Source of the DNA: Lingula anatina | Taxonomy: Eukaryota > Animalia > Brachiopoda | DNA length: 64,000 nucleotides | NCBI GenBank assembly: GCA_051362555.1 | Contig: CM120647.1 | Location: forward strand, 17,398,651-17,462,650 | Direction: 5' to 3' | Part shown: one piece after another, positions 52,410-64,000 of the stretch | How positions within the stretch are numbered: position 1 is the first letter of the stretch | How the letters are laid out: each line of letters opens with the position of its first letter | Made by a program: the position numbers and the translations under genes | The notes under the pieces: model-generated | The model's database searches: none | What the model was told of the DNA's origin: nothing | What the model saw: the letters and a program-made list of their open reading frames with translations, nothing else

Positions 52410-53984
52410 TTAATATTCAATGTAATACATGAATTAAATGCTTCCAGTCAAGGGCTATGAAAAATTGTAAGGTATTTCCTCCAATATTTCTGAGATTGTC
52501 CTAATTCTTGAACAGAAAAATATTACTCATGATTTACATTAACATACGGTACTTATTAATTCGTTATCTCTTTGCAAATGTATTAAAGAGAGTGAATCTC
52601 CAGTAGAACTGCAATCACGAGTTTAGATATATGAAACTCTAGAATTCGAACAACGTGGAAAATTCAGAATGAAACGTTAATATGTCGTTGAATTTTACCT
52701 CGTAAGTTTAAGAATTTGATTTATCTACATGTATTATCTTGATTTGTTTACGTGTGTGGGTCTGTTGTCCTAGACAGCTTGCATAGCGCCTTGTCTCTTG
52801 TCCTTTATGTTTATCAATCTGTTTTGCGTATCTCAACGAACCTGAATATTGACTTAACCAGCCTTCTCATCTAGTATTACACGCGGCTTTGTGCCCTCTG
52901 CGCATGCGTCTTTTCACTCGAATGAGTTATAAAAAATGAACAATACTGAATTCATATTAGGCAAGGTCATTACTTTCATATTGTATTGATATTAAATATT
53001 GTACTGATATATCTTTATTTATGTGAAAAATGAATCAGATATACACATAAGATTTGTTGCACGAAAAATCAATAGTGTATGAACAATACCATACAATACA
53101 ATACAATACAATACAATACAACATGCAGGAACACAATCCACTACAATATGACATGATAGGATATTATCTACCTATAAGAAAAGCTCATTAGCAGAGGCTT
53201 AACTGGTTCAAGAAGAATTAATCCGTCTATATTACGGTTTCAGTTGGTTTTGCGCTCAAGATATGCAGACCATGGTAAATAATTAATGTATATGTCATAA
53301 TAGTGTCTGGTGCAGTCACACCCAGTCCTTTTTTATTATAGAACCCCCGTATTTATCATATATTATAAACTTTTGTCTTATATTAATAGCCGATTATAAA
53401 ATTCGCCAAATGCCTTGAATCCGTCCTCAAAACACTTTACAAGGAGTCATTTCTTCCCCCTGAGATATCGACGTTTTACACGAGAACACGTCATACTTTA
53501 GAGTTCATATGAGGTGTACTGTAGACCATCCCATTTCTAAGGACCTTACCACATCAGGTTTTATACTTAAGGTCTATAGCGGTGCACCCTGAGAGCTTGA
53601 CAAATTAATAGTAAGGCTGCTACTTAAGAGAGTGGCCTTAATGGACCCTGGACGTTGCATTCAAATTCATTATGGACGAACAATTACACAGTTCGCCATT
53701 TAGAAATGCTTCTAACCCATTCTGCAGTCAGACAAAAACAGCTTTGTACATTTTAGCCTCCGAGTTAAATAATTACATGCTGGTTTATCAATATAGACAG
53801 TTCAGAATATTTTGTGTGCTTTCGCCATGTTGAATATGCTGCTTTGACCAGCAGCGTGTGGGAAGGTTTATGTGGAATTTGTGAATGGCATTGAATGATT
53901 GATAGATATTTGAAAATGTTTGATTATTTGTTCGTTACCTTCATTTATTAATCATCATTTCTATTATTATTATTATTATTATTA

Positions 53985-54043
<59 letters not shown>

Positions 54044-57000
54044 CTTTACCTTATGCAAAGATTGGAATTGCCCATTAAACTACGAAGAAATTCCGCTGCC
54101 CTGTTTTAAACAATGAGTAAAAAAAGCTAAAAAGGTTACCCACTGGTCATACTCATAAGCACATCTTATCCAGATGAAATCCCAATGTTTAGAAGAAGAA
54201 AAAGCCCTTAATACAACATGCCATTCCGACTGAAGTGATAGCTCTAAGAGGGATACCTTTTAAATCTAAAAAAACAAACAGTGAGACTAAACAGTCGCTT
54301 TACTTACGCTAGATTCCGTGACGTGTAGAGGGTTTAGGCTCGAACTGACTTTTGCCGGCAAAGCTTAAGGCGCACTTTTTGGCTACAACTTGAGTTACCT
54401 GATGATTGGAATTAAATATGTGCAGCTTGAAAAGAACGTTTTACTTTTAAATTTAGGGAAATTCATTTAGTTAATTTTAGAGGAAATAGACTCTCCGACA
54501 AAAACATAAACATATGTATGACTGTTTTGCTTACTTTATATATATAAATATTATTTGTATGTACCTACATTTTGTACAATTGAATAAATAATCTAATACT
54601 AAATATCAGTACTGTCCTCGGATGAGGATGAAAGCTCACATGCTAGCTCAGGACTATTTCGATAGAAATTATAGAAATAAAAAGGGTGAAATAATATCAA
54701 CATTATCAACTTACATTAAAAGAATTTTATTTGTTTTTTTTTGTGTGTGTGTATTTTTCTTCCTTTACAAATAAGATATCATAACCACATTATCATACAT
54801 ATGCACCAGTGGTATATACATACACACGCGCGCGAGCGCATTACTGCTCAAATGTCCAATATGGTTTTGTCTTTAAAGTAAATCAAAATTAGTTGAATTA
54901 ATATCGCCATTAATATCGATTTTGTTTTATGTTTTTTTCTTTGACATCATCTAAGTCCTTGTTGATGTCATCGCCATTCAGTTGTTTTCTCTATTGATAC
55001 CTCCCGTTTCTGAATCTAAACATAGCCTCTTTTATGCTGAAATGAAGTCTGTGGATATGACTCTATATTAACACTCCTGTTCTGAAACCAACAACAAATT
55101 ACACTTTAACGCAAAGATTACTGAAGCAGATCCAGGAAAACTTTGCTAAGATGTTGTTAATTCTTTGGCAGCATTTGGTTTCCAGCTTTTTGCTAAACCA
55201 AGTACCGATACGTGATAACAGCACGAAACATTGGGGAAACTTCCCATCTCCAGGTGCGTGTAATATCTGTCTTCGATTTTGTTTTATGTCTTTTCCCTAA
55301 AATACCCGATCTATCTAATCAAAACATTCCTGGCAGTAATTGAAACGCTGAAAGGGTACCCCCGTCAGTCCCCTTAATACCACTCCTATCTCAAACGTTA
55401 ATGGATTTCTTCAACCAGTCGTTTTCTATTTAGTGAAGATTTTTGCACAGCCAGCTGTGCTTCGGAGCCGTTTCTAACAGGCTTAACGCTTTAAGTCCTA
55501 TACAGAAATATTTGGAATATAGCACCGAGTATACTCCGTGCAATCCGCGCAGAGCTATGTTAATGGAGCTCTGTACACGAACCGTGGGTTTTAGTAGGCG
55601 GATATTCTTTTATATTCACCTGAGTCTTCTGGGTATATCTGGCAGCGTTAAAATCTTAAAATTGGGATAGGATATTTCACGATGTTTTCATGTACAATCA
55701 TATACCCAAAGGAGAATATAGCAATTGGGGAACACTGATAAACACTACGGTAGGCTCCCCACACAGATGCGATGGCGTTATGATCTTTTACTACATCATT
55801 GGATGACACTTACTTACGCCGTTTTCAGTTCCATTACGTTAAATTGATGATCATTTCATTATCATGTTGATTTTATCCCGGCGCCTACGTCTATATGAGA
55901 CATATCCATGACCTTTTAAAGCGAATTATTTTTATACCGGATAGAAAAACCCCGCTGGCTCAGTGTGTTTAATCATGTAAAAAGAGTTTTCTATTTACAA
56001 AATATATTTACCGATTCTGCGGTGTAATTGGATTCTCACGGTCTAAAAAAAGGGTTCCCTTTGCCCCTGGTTGTGAGCTATGCCTGTGTGGTTTTCATTA
56101 CGTGGTGTAATTTTCACATGTGCACCGGCGCGAGCACGCAGATCTCCAATGCCGATCGCGTATCGGGTTCTCCATCAATTGTTTTCCATTAAAAACCATT
56201 GGCTGTATCCACTGCCTAGAAACCATGATGGGCTCAACTGATCATAATGATAGCAATATGATAAATAGGGAGGAAAGTATCAATTGTGTATACGTGTTTG
56301 TGTATCGACGTTTAAGTCTTCTTAAAATTTGTCATTAAATAAGCATTGTTGAACTTCAGTGGACATATTTTAAAAAAATGGTAAATGCCATTCCGTATAT
56401 TTGATTTTGTAGATAAACATGTGTGGAAAAGATATTTCAAGAATATTTCATAGAATTAATGTACAAAAGGACAGGTTAACATGGATTTCTGTGGCGCTAG
56501 GCGAGGGCAAATATTTCCCAATCTTGGTTAACTTCATTTAATTTAATTGCTAAAATAGATAGATGGATAGATACATGTATGTTGAGATTTTAGAAATTTG
56601 GAGAAAAGAAATACATTTTTCGTTCATCCTTTGACCAAGGGTAATGAAAGTTTGGTAAACAGAATTTTCAACCTACTTGATCATTTTCCATCGTTCCTTA
56701 ACTTCGGTAGAAATAATTTACGCTCCCTTAAACCATAATTCACCTGTAGAATTTACTGTTGAACCATCAGACACGTTCAAGCAGGCTTCAAATACCTTTA
56801 TTAGAAACCATACTGTATACATATATATCCCCAATTAAGACGGCAGCGTATAGAAAGATGAAAATAAAGAACCGACTAAGTTTTTTAAACGTCTCATAGC
56901 TGTAATAAACACGGTGTACGCACACCTTAACCTGGGGATAATTTCAAGGCAGTTGGGCTGCTTTAAGTGCCCGTCTTTAAGACATATCTGTCCAGGTGGA

Positions 57001-59367
57001 AGAAACGCTTTAATTCCCAGCTCTTTACAGCTGAAAAGCGAGTAAGGAAGGAAATCTCATGACTTTGAAACGCGGGCCAATTATTTACAGCCGAGAAGAA
57101 AGTAATGAGGAAAGCCCAACAACCTCGCTAAGATTTCCGAGTAGGATTCGCAGATGTAGCTAATCGTCGGAAAACTTACATGTGCGAGATTAGTATTGTT
57201 AATTACGCCTGGGCAAAGTTAAGCAGTACAGAGGTTACGCAAAAAAGCAACACTTAAGTCTAAATCAACGAAGACGAATGCTTTAGATTCGTACGTAATT
57301 AAGCCTCGATAAAAATAAAATGAAAATATATTAAATTATTTAAAAACGTCTGAAATCGCACTTCTGATGAGCGCAATCGTCCAGTAATGATTTTACAACA
57401 CTCAAAAAACACAGGCGAATGGTAAAACCTGTATATCAAATAAGCCCGTATTTGCCTGGAAACTGCCTTCGACACTCAAAGAAACTCCAGATGTGAATCC
57501 CGTATAGTTCTCTTTGAATCATCGTGTTATTGTCCTGTGATGCACTTCTAGCACTGTCGGTAAACAACAAAAGTACAGCCTTTGCGCCGTGAATCAAACT
57601 TAGGTCGTGTTTCCTGTCGACCTGTGCCGTTCTAACTCCATCGACACAGCCCATTTCAAGGGGTGCTGTTTACGATTACCTCACCAAAAAAAAAATCATG
57701 TCTCATCTTTCTGCTGTCCCTCCCAACCTACCACCATTGTAAATTTGTATTGAGCTACCGGTGGGTTCCGTATTTTTGAAAACAAGTTTTATTTGAGAGA
57801 ACGAAAAAGAGGCAAATCGCACGTAGCACTATATACTCTCCTTAAAAGAAGAAAAGAAAAATGTGAATTTGATATGTATTGGTATATACATTAAATTTTC
57901 GTATCGATATAGATTGATTTAAGTAAATGGTGCACTTCTCCAGGACGCATAAAGACAGTTTTGACTATAATGAAGTATAAACAAAGTGAAACAGTAAAAT
58001 GACTACCAAAACGTTAATTAACACTTTTAAGTCAGACGGGAATACTACGTTCCATACGTTGGAATCACTCCAGTATATAATGGTTGCATTCAATAGGTTT
58101 TCCAACATTTGCTTAAGATCAGAAGAAAGAGGTGACTCCATCTGGTGCCTTTTGAGGCATTGAAATATTGGGGTGCCAATAACTCGGATTTAAACTGATT
58201 TTAGACACTTATCTTTGTAACTTTGAGTGTATAACATAGCTGTTATACAGTATGATATATATATATATATTGGTAGCATATATGGCCATAATGCTTTAAA
58301 CCATTTTGCCTACATAAAGGACCTACGGCTTGTTGCCATGGGGACCGATTTTAAATATCCCCCGATTCTCTAATTCCTAGAATTCTGACAGCAGTTCCAC
58401 CGTACCATGGTAAAAAAAAATTGCCTTGGTAGCCATTAGTTGGCTGACCGCCACTTAGCTAAAGCTTTCTTGCAGGCATTTGGAATGCTAAAGGTCAGAA
58501 GATGTCGAGTGTTGAAAGCTTTTGAAGAGAAAGTTTATTCGACTCGGAGATTTGCCAGTGTATAGGGTATACATTAAGAAACATTTGTGACATTCATGTC
58601 TCATCCACTTAAAATCATACACATACTTACGGCGTCTTCATTTATTTCTGGATTTCGTGTTGAGAGAACCTGATACAACAGATAAACCGGTTCCTGTCAA
58701 TGTAGGAACTGGGCTTTCGTTTCACTTTTTGTATACATTGCCCCCTGAAAAGTTAACACACGTTGAGTTCGAAACTATTGCCATGCCTTCTTGATATTCT
58801 GGCTGTGCCAGCAAGAATACTGTATGCACTGCCAGTTTATTCCATCACACGGTCAACAAACAGTAGCTTAGCTGTATACAGGGGTATAAGAGAAACTTTT
58901 AGAAAGAACTTTCAGAAGCTTAAACTTTGGTCTGAACTTTTTGTTAATTCAGAAACAGTCCAATAAAATGACATATTGTTACTGTTTTACAACAAAAAAC
59001 GCGTTGCCTACGTTTCAGATATGTACTTATTTTCATATACATGAACAATCATTGGTCTATCTCAAAATGAATCAGCTAGATCAAATCAAATATTTGGTCG
59101 AAACGTTTAGACCAATCTATGAGCCAAAATTCTGTTGTGAATCAGACAGTGTGTACAGTGCTGAAACGGGGAGATCAATTTTTACAATGTTTCTAACGGT
59201 AACACAACACCTGAAAAACCCAATCAATACTCAAAATTGAATAGAGAACTCCTACATGAATTAAACTGTGAACTTTGAATGAATTGGATAACGCGGCCGG
59301 TGTTGTATTGATGCAGCCAAACATATATCACATTATGGTTATATTTACTGACGCAACGGCATTAAGG

Positions 59368-59464
59368 CCCAGCAGGCATCAGACGCCATTTCGACGTCAT
59401 TATTTACTTTATCGACGTTAATGGACGTTTATCAACGTTAAGATTACGCTTTATGCCGGCTGGA
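59368..59464. mobile_element. Small MITE with CCCAGC-type ends and internal GACGT repeats (EnSpm-like)
   Basis: CCCAGCAGGCAT…ATGCCGGCTGGA imperfect TIR; repeated GACGT/AACGT inside. Confidence 0.5.
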
Positions 59465-59970
59465 GAGCGTTTACCTATAACAAATAATAGACTGCAGGTC
59501 TTTTTACATTGAGCGTTTTATCTTGGCGATACAGATTCGCCTTATTTTCCTAAAATACAATCTAAATCTCTTAAAGACTTGCAATATATTAGAATGAATA
59601 TTACGTAAAAAGGTCGCCCTTACGGAGCGAGAAAGGACTCTTCCTGTGTTGAGAAAGGATTTTAAATATGTTAAACAATAAGATACATCACACGTTGTGC
59701 AACACGACAATGCAGGTTTCCTGACTCAGGTTGTTGAGTGACACATTTTGAATGACAATTATTCCCAACAGACTTTATGAGTCAACCCCCTGTCAGTGTG
59801 ATAGATTGCACTAACAAACCAGCCAACCAGTAATTAATGACTTAATTATGCTAATTAGGTGTTGGAGAAGAAAGCTAGGTTAGAAGTCAATGTGATTGAC
59901 TCCTACAACAATCTAATCTTAGTGTAATTAATGACTTACCTGGTTTAAAACTATGGTAATGAAAAATTAC

Positions 59971-60142
59971 GGGTGAAAGGTCAAAGGTGAATTGATAGAG
60001 GTGAAAGGTCAAAGGTGAATTGATAGAGGTGAAAGGTCAAAGGTGAATTGATAGAGGTGAAAGGTCAAAGGTGAATTGATAGAGGTGAAAGGTCAAAGGT
60101 GAATTGATAGAGGTGAAAGGTCAAAAGTGAGCTTGTAGAGGT
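59971..60142. repeat. 28-bp tandem repeat (5 near-perfect copies plus 1 degenerate) made of DR1-type nuclear receptor half-sites
   Basis: Unit AGGTGAAAGGTCAAAGGTGAATTGATAG starting at 59971, 59999, 60027, 60055, 60083 and 60111. Confidence 0.95.
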
Positions 60143-61044
60143 AAAAAAATAGCATGTATTTAAAACTAACAACCGTCAATATAAAGTAACGTTGTTTAGT
60201 ACAATGCGGGCATTGTGACCTTTTACTTCTCATATTGTTGTACTATACAATGTATAAACATGTGTTGTGATAGTCAGTATGTGGACAGTTTTACAATCGA
60301 ATAAACAAATGAAAATTGCATTATGTCTGGTATACATTAAAATTATCGTGTAAAAACATTTCCGTTTTTATTGCATTCTTTAGCAACTGTATCAGACCAA
60401 AGGTGATAATAATAGTAATAACTCGTTTAGAAATGGTAAAAGTTAATTTAGAATTACAACCATAAGTTATTATTTTAAAAGTCCTTGGGTACAAATCAAG
60501 GTTTTGCTGTACACTTACTTTGATCATGAATAAATGTTAGAATACTTTAGAGGGTTGGGAGACCTGCTATGTAACGTACTTGTCGCTCTCCACCATCGTT
60601 TTCCGAAGATAAAAGAATAAGACAGATTGCGTCCGTGATAATCCATGACATATGTGATATAAAAATAAAAATAGCTGTTTTTCAATCTAGTTTGACAACG
60701 TTTCTTGTAATAGTAGAGATAGTAATTATTCTTCATATCATTATTACCGTTCCCACACACCATATAGGCCTACCATAATCCGAACTTAGTCTCGAAAAAT
60801 ACATGGTTATATCTTGCACACGTCATTCTAGAGTCTTTTCCAGATAATGCTCTCAAATCATTATTGCTTCATAGTGATTAGTGTTCGGGTTAACGACCTC
60901 AGATTTCGTTGTTACATAGACAGCCGATGTTTATTTGCAATCTTTTTAAAATATAAAATGGTTGTTGCACGATACGAAATTTTCAAGTATAGATATATGT
61001 GTGTTCAAAAAAAATCACCTACAAGATATTCTAATTATATCCCA

Positions 61045-61212
61045 CAGGCCCGTAGCCAGCAATTTCAAAGGGGGGGTTCTTTTTCTGAAAAAGTGGACCT
61101 TTTACCATATAATCCCCATGTACCTAGGTCAAATTTTACCCAGAGTGGACCTTTTTCAAGCAAAAAGGGGGGTTCTTTCGAACCCCCCGAACCCCCCCTG
61201 GCTACGGGCCTG
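61045..61212. mobile_element. MITE with 5-bp TSD (hAT5-like, family B)
   Basis: Perfect 15-bp TIR CAGGCCCGTAGCCAG; TSD TCCCA (61040-61044 / 61213-61217). Confidence 0.88.
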
Positions 61213-62525
61213 TCCCATAATTTTCACTAGTAGTGCTATAATGACTATCATTGATATTGAAAAATAAAAAAAAAAACCTTGCGTAACCTATTGTTTGACA
61301 CTCTGATAGTTTGTTTAATAGATATAATCACCTACGTTATTATTACAGTCACCATCGTTATTTTCAGAATATAAACGATTTGGGACCAAACATTTTTAAA
61401 AAAACTCAGGAACCGGGTATTGGACAGTATTATGCCTTTGCATGACTTTTTTTCTCCACGTTTTAATTCCAATTTACACACAGTTCAAGAGAAATGGACG
61501 CTAATGATGAAACAGATAAGTGGACAAGAGATTTATGGACTGATAATTAAGACACAGTGAAAAGCCCCATGCACGCGATTCAGCTTGCCTTATCAAAAAA
61601 CAGCTGTGGAGGAGGTTGGTGTCTTCCAATACGTTGACTGCCTTTACACATGGCATTAAAATTATTGGACGCAGTACATGAGATTAAGCCGATTAATAAC
61701 GCATTATGGTGGCCTCAGGTAACGCTTTGGAACGGATTAATTGACAAAACATGCTAGTTATGAACTTAATCAGTGGTATCGTAGATCATGTGAAGAGAGA
61801 GTCTTGAAACCTTGTGTCTGGATTACTGACTGCAACGCGGTCAACTTGTATTCAGTGCGGTTGCTGTTATTAATGTACATTGTATAAATCAAAACAACTT
61901 ATGCCATAATTATGACATGATGTACGACCTGGCAAATTTTCAATGAGTATTCCCATAGCAATAATCTGTAAAATATTTTCTATGTAAATTTTTTTTTCCA
62001 ATTTTGTATACGTACCAATAGATGGCTTTCTAATGCTGCAGGAATGGTAACAATTATTGTGTGTACTACACAATGCACAGCGCCTAACTGCCTTGTTTAT
62101 GAGCTAATGTAATCACGATAAATGTGATTTATAGATTCCCGCATGCATCATTTTATGATTTAGTGCTTAATGTTGTATGCAAGGTAGAGAATGATATATA
62201 TTGTTCACGAAAGATTGAATTATATGGCGCATATATTATAAGATTTTGTAACCAACGCCAACGCCAACGTCAACGCCAACACCAAATACAGATGAGAAAG
62301 AATGAGGAGTATTGTAACATAGAGTCCGCCCTCCATTAGATCCTCACAGGTTAGGGTTAGCGTGACGTAATTGGGTCAAAATCTAGGGTGGGGCTTACCT
62401 GCGAAAACCAATGAAAACCGGGCTCTCTATGGTTGGTGACACTGGGCCAGTAACATAATCTACATTTGTTTAGTTACTGACAACTTTTTTTCTGCTCTGG
62501 ACCAACCACAGATACTAAGAACCTA

Positions 62526-62702
62526 GCCCCAGTTTCACTAAAAAAAGTAAGTCAGTTCCCTGGCTTAGTTGAGTACGATTTCTACAAGAGTGCTGTTACA
62601 CTGCTCCTGATTGGGGTAAGACGTACCCATGTGACCATGTAACCATGGTAATTAAGTTCTTAGCCAGGGAACCCGACTTAAGTTTTTTTGTGAAACCGGG
62701 GC
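62526..62702. mobile_element. MITE with ~40-bp imperfect TIRs (possibly PIF/Harbinger type)
   Basis: GCCCCAGTTTCACTAAAAAAAGTAAGTCAGTTCCCTGGCT versus revcomp GCCCCGGTTTCACAAAAAAACTTAAGTCGGGTTCCCTGGCT. Confidence 0.75.
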
Positions 62703-63683
62703 CTGGCAATTCAGTGGGGTACGTAGTTGGCTACAAGTGTTTTTTTAGCACAGCCTGATTGAAACCACTTCTCCAAAATACCATCCAACAGTGGCTCAAG
62801 GTGTGGTTCGAGATAAAAAAAAAGAAAAAATGAAACCTCCTTGTAAAGAAAAAAACTTCATGTGAGATACCATTGCATGTTATATAAGAAAAATGGAGGA
62901 ATTACATCACGGGGTCACGCCGGAGCATCAGTATGTAAAAATATATCTGTAATATTGTCTGAACAACTTGAACTCAGTATCACCTAGGATGATAGCATGT
63001 TATACGTGAGTTATTGATGGTATTCCACAGAAAACTATTAATAGAAAAGTCAGAAACGATCCCTGAAACGCGAATATGATTATATAAGCTTGTAGGTGAT
63101 CTTAGCTTGAAGTTATTTTGGGCTATTTGCAGACGACAAATTAAAAGTGATAGCTATCTCTTTAAATTGCCGGGGTCTATTTCTGTAAAATAACGCACTT
63201 TTTACCGGCTTAAATCTAAAAACTTACCTACAAGTAGGTTTAGGCAAAGGCCAATTTGGGTGTATAATTTCAGTATGAATCATGTAGCAAATGAAAAGGC
63301 GGCGTCATGGGAAATAATGAACCATATCATTATGTGACACAATATGAGCCTTTTGTGAAAATGCCATGAATGTTTGATACAACACAAATGAAGGGTTGTC
63401 GGGTTGTGTAACATAATAATACAGCATGCTGCATGCTGTAACATTTACAGAGAATTTAATAATTTAGTTTATGTACAGTTTATGTATCATTTTCATTTGT
63501 ATTTAATGTACTTCCACATTATCAGACAACGCATGAACACGAACAAATTCAACAGTATGAAAAAGTATGTAAATATTTTTTTTAATTCAGTTACAAACCA
63601 TGTATATCATGATACCACGTTTTACTTTAACGATTTATCGGAGAATCCAATCCCATACTAAAGAGAGACGAAGTTTCACATTC

Positions 63684-63965
63684 ACCTACCTCCCTCCCAA
63701 CCTACCTACCTGCCTGCCAAATTACCTATTTGCCTACCTACCTGCCTACCTACCTGTCTACCTGCCTGCCTACCTACCTGTCTACCTACCTGTCTACCTA
63801 CCTGCCTACCTACCTGCCTACCTACCTACCTACCTACCTACCTACAGGTACCTGCCTACCTTCCTGCCTGCCTGCCTACCTACCTACCTGCCTACCTACC
63901 TCTCTACCTACCTACCTGCCTACCTACCTACCTACCTACTTACCCATCTACCAACCCATCAACCT
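63684..63965. repeat. (CCTA/CCTG)n compound microsatellite
   Basis: Direct reading; explains the spurious LPTY-repeat ORF. Confidence 0.95.
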
Positions 63966-64000
63966 ATTCATTTATCTGACTTTAAGAGACTAAGTAATAT

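Noticed and set aside
60847-61267. Overlapping 127-aa and 101-aa ORFs
   Set aside because: Largely derived from the MITE at 61045-61212.
63730-63993. LPTY-repeat ORF
   Set aside because: Translation of a (CCTA)n microsatellite.

Overview
Eukaryotic, AT-rich genomic DNA with spliceosomal introns, most likely from a marine invertebrate bilaterian; the taxon cannot be fixed from sequence alone. Most of the supplied ORF track is spurious because the real genes are split by introns. Four protein-coding genes can be assembled by hand with consistent splice phases. (1) A minus-strand BP10/SpAN-like astacin metalloprotease (pro-astacin-EGF-CUB-Thr-rich) that runs off the left edge. (2) A two-exon, 129-aa secreted precursor with dibasic sites and a C-terminal disulfide-ring peptide (LCTPYEYWTPSCN), a candidate undescribed neuropeptide/peptide-hormone gene and the best novelty candidate. 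(3) A six-exon PCTP/STARD2 orthologue whose intron 3 looks like a U12 minor-spliceosome intron with a non-consensus donor. (4) A six-exon, 210-aa secreted protein made of two PAN/Apple domains. Mobile DNA includes a decayed Tc1 element with perfect TIRs, an EnSpm/CACTA-like element carrying a tRNA-Arg-like sequence, several MITEs with 5-bp TSDs (one only 38 bp), a Penelope remnant with a hammerhead-like motif, foldback elements and an unclassified 1.6-kb TIR element. The right 28 kb has no convincing coding exons. It holds probable non-coding exons, a hairpin cluster and a tandem array of DR1 nuclear-receptor sites.
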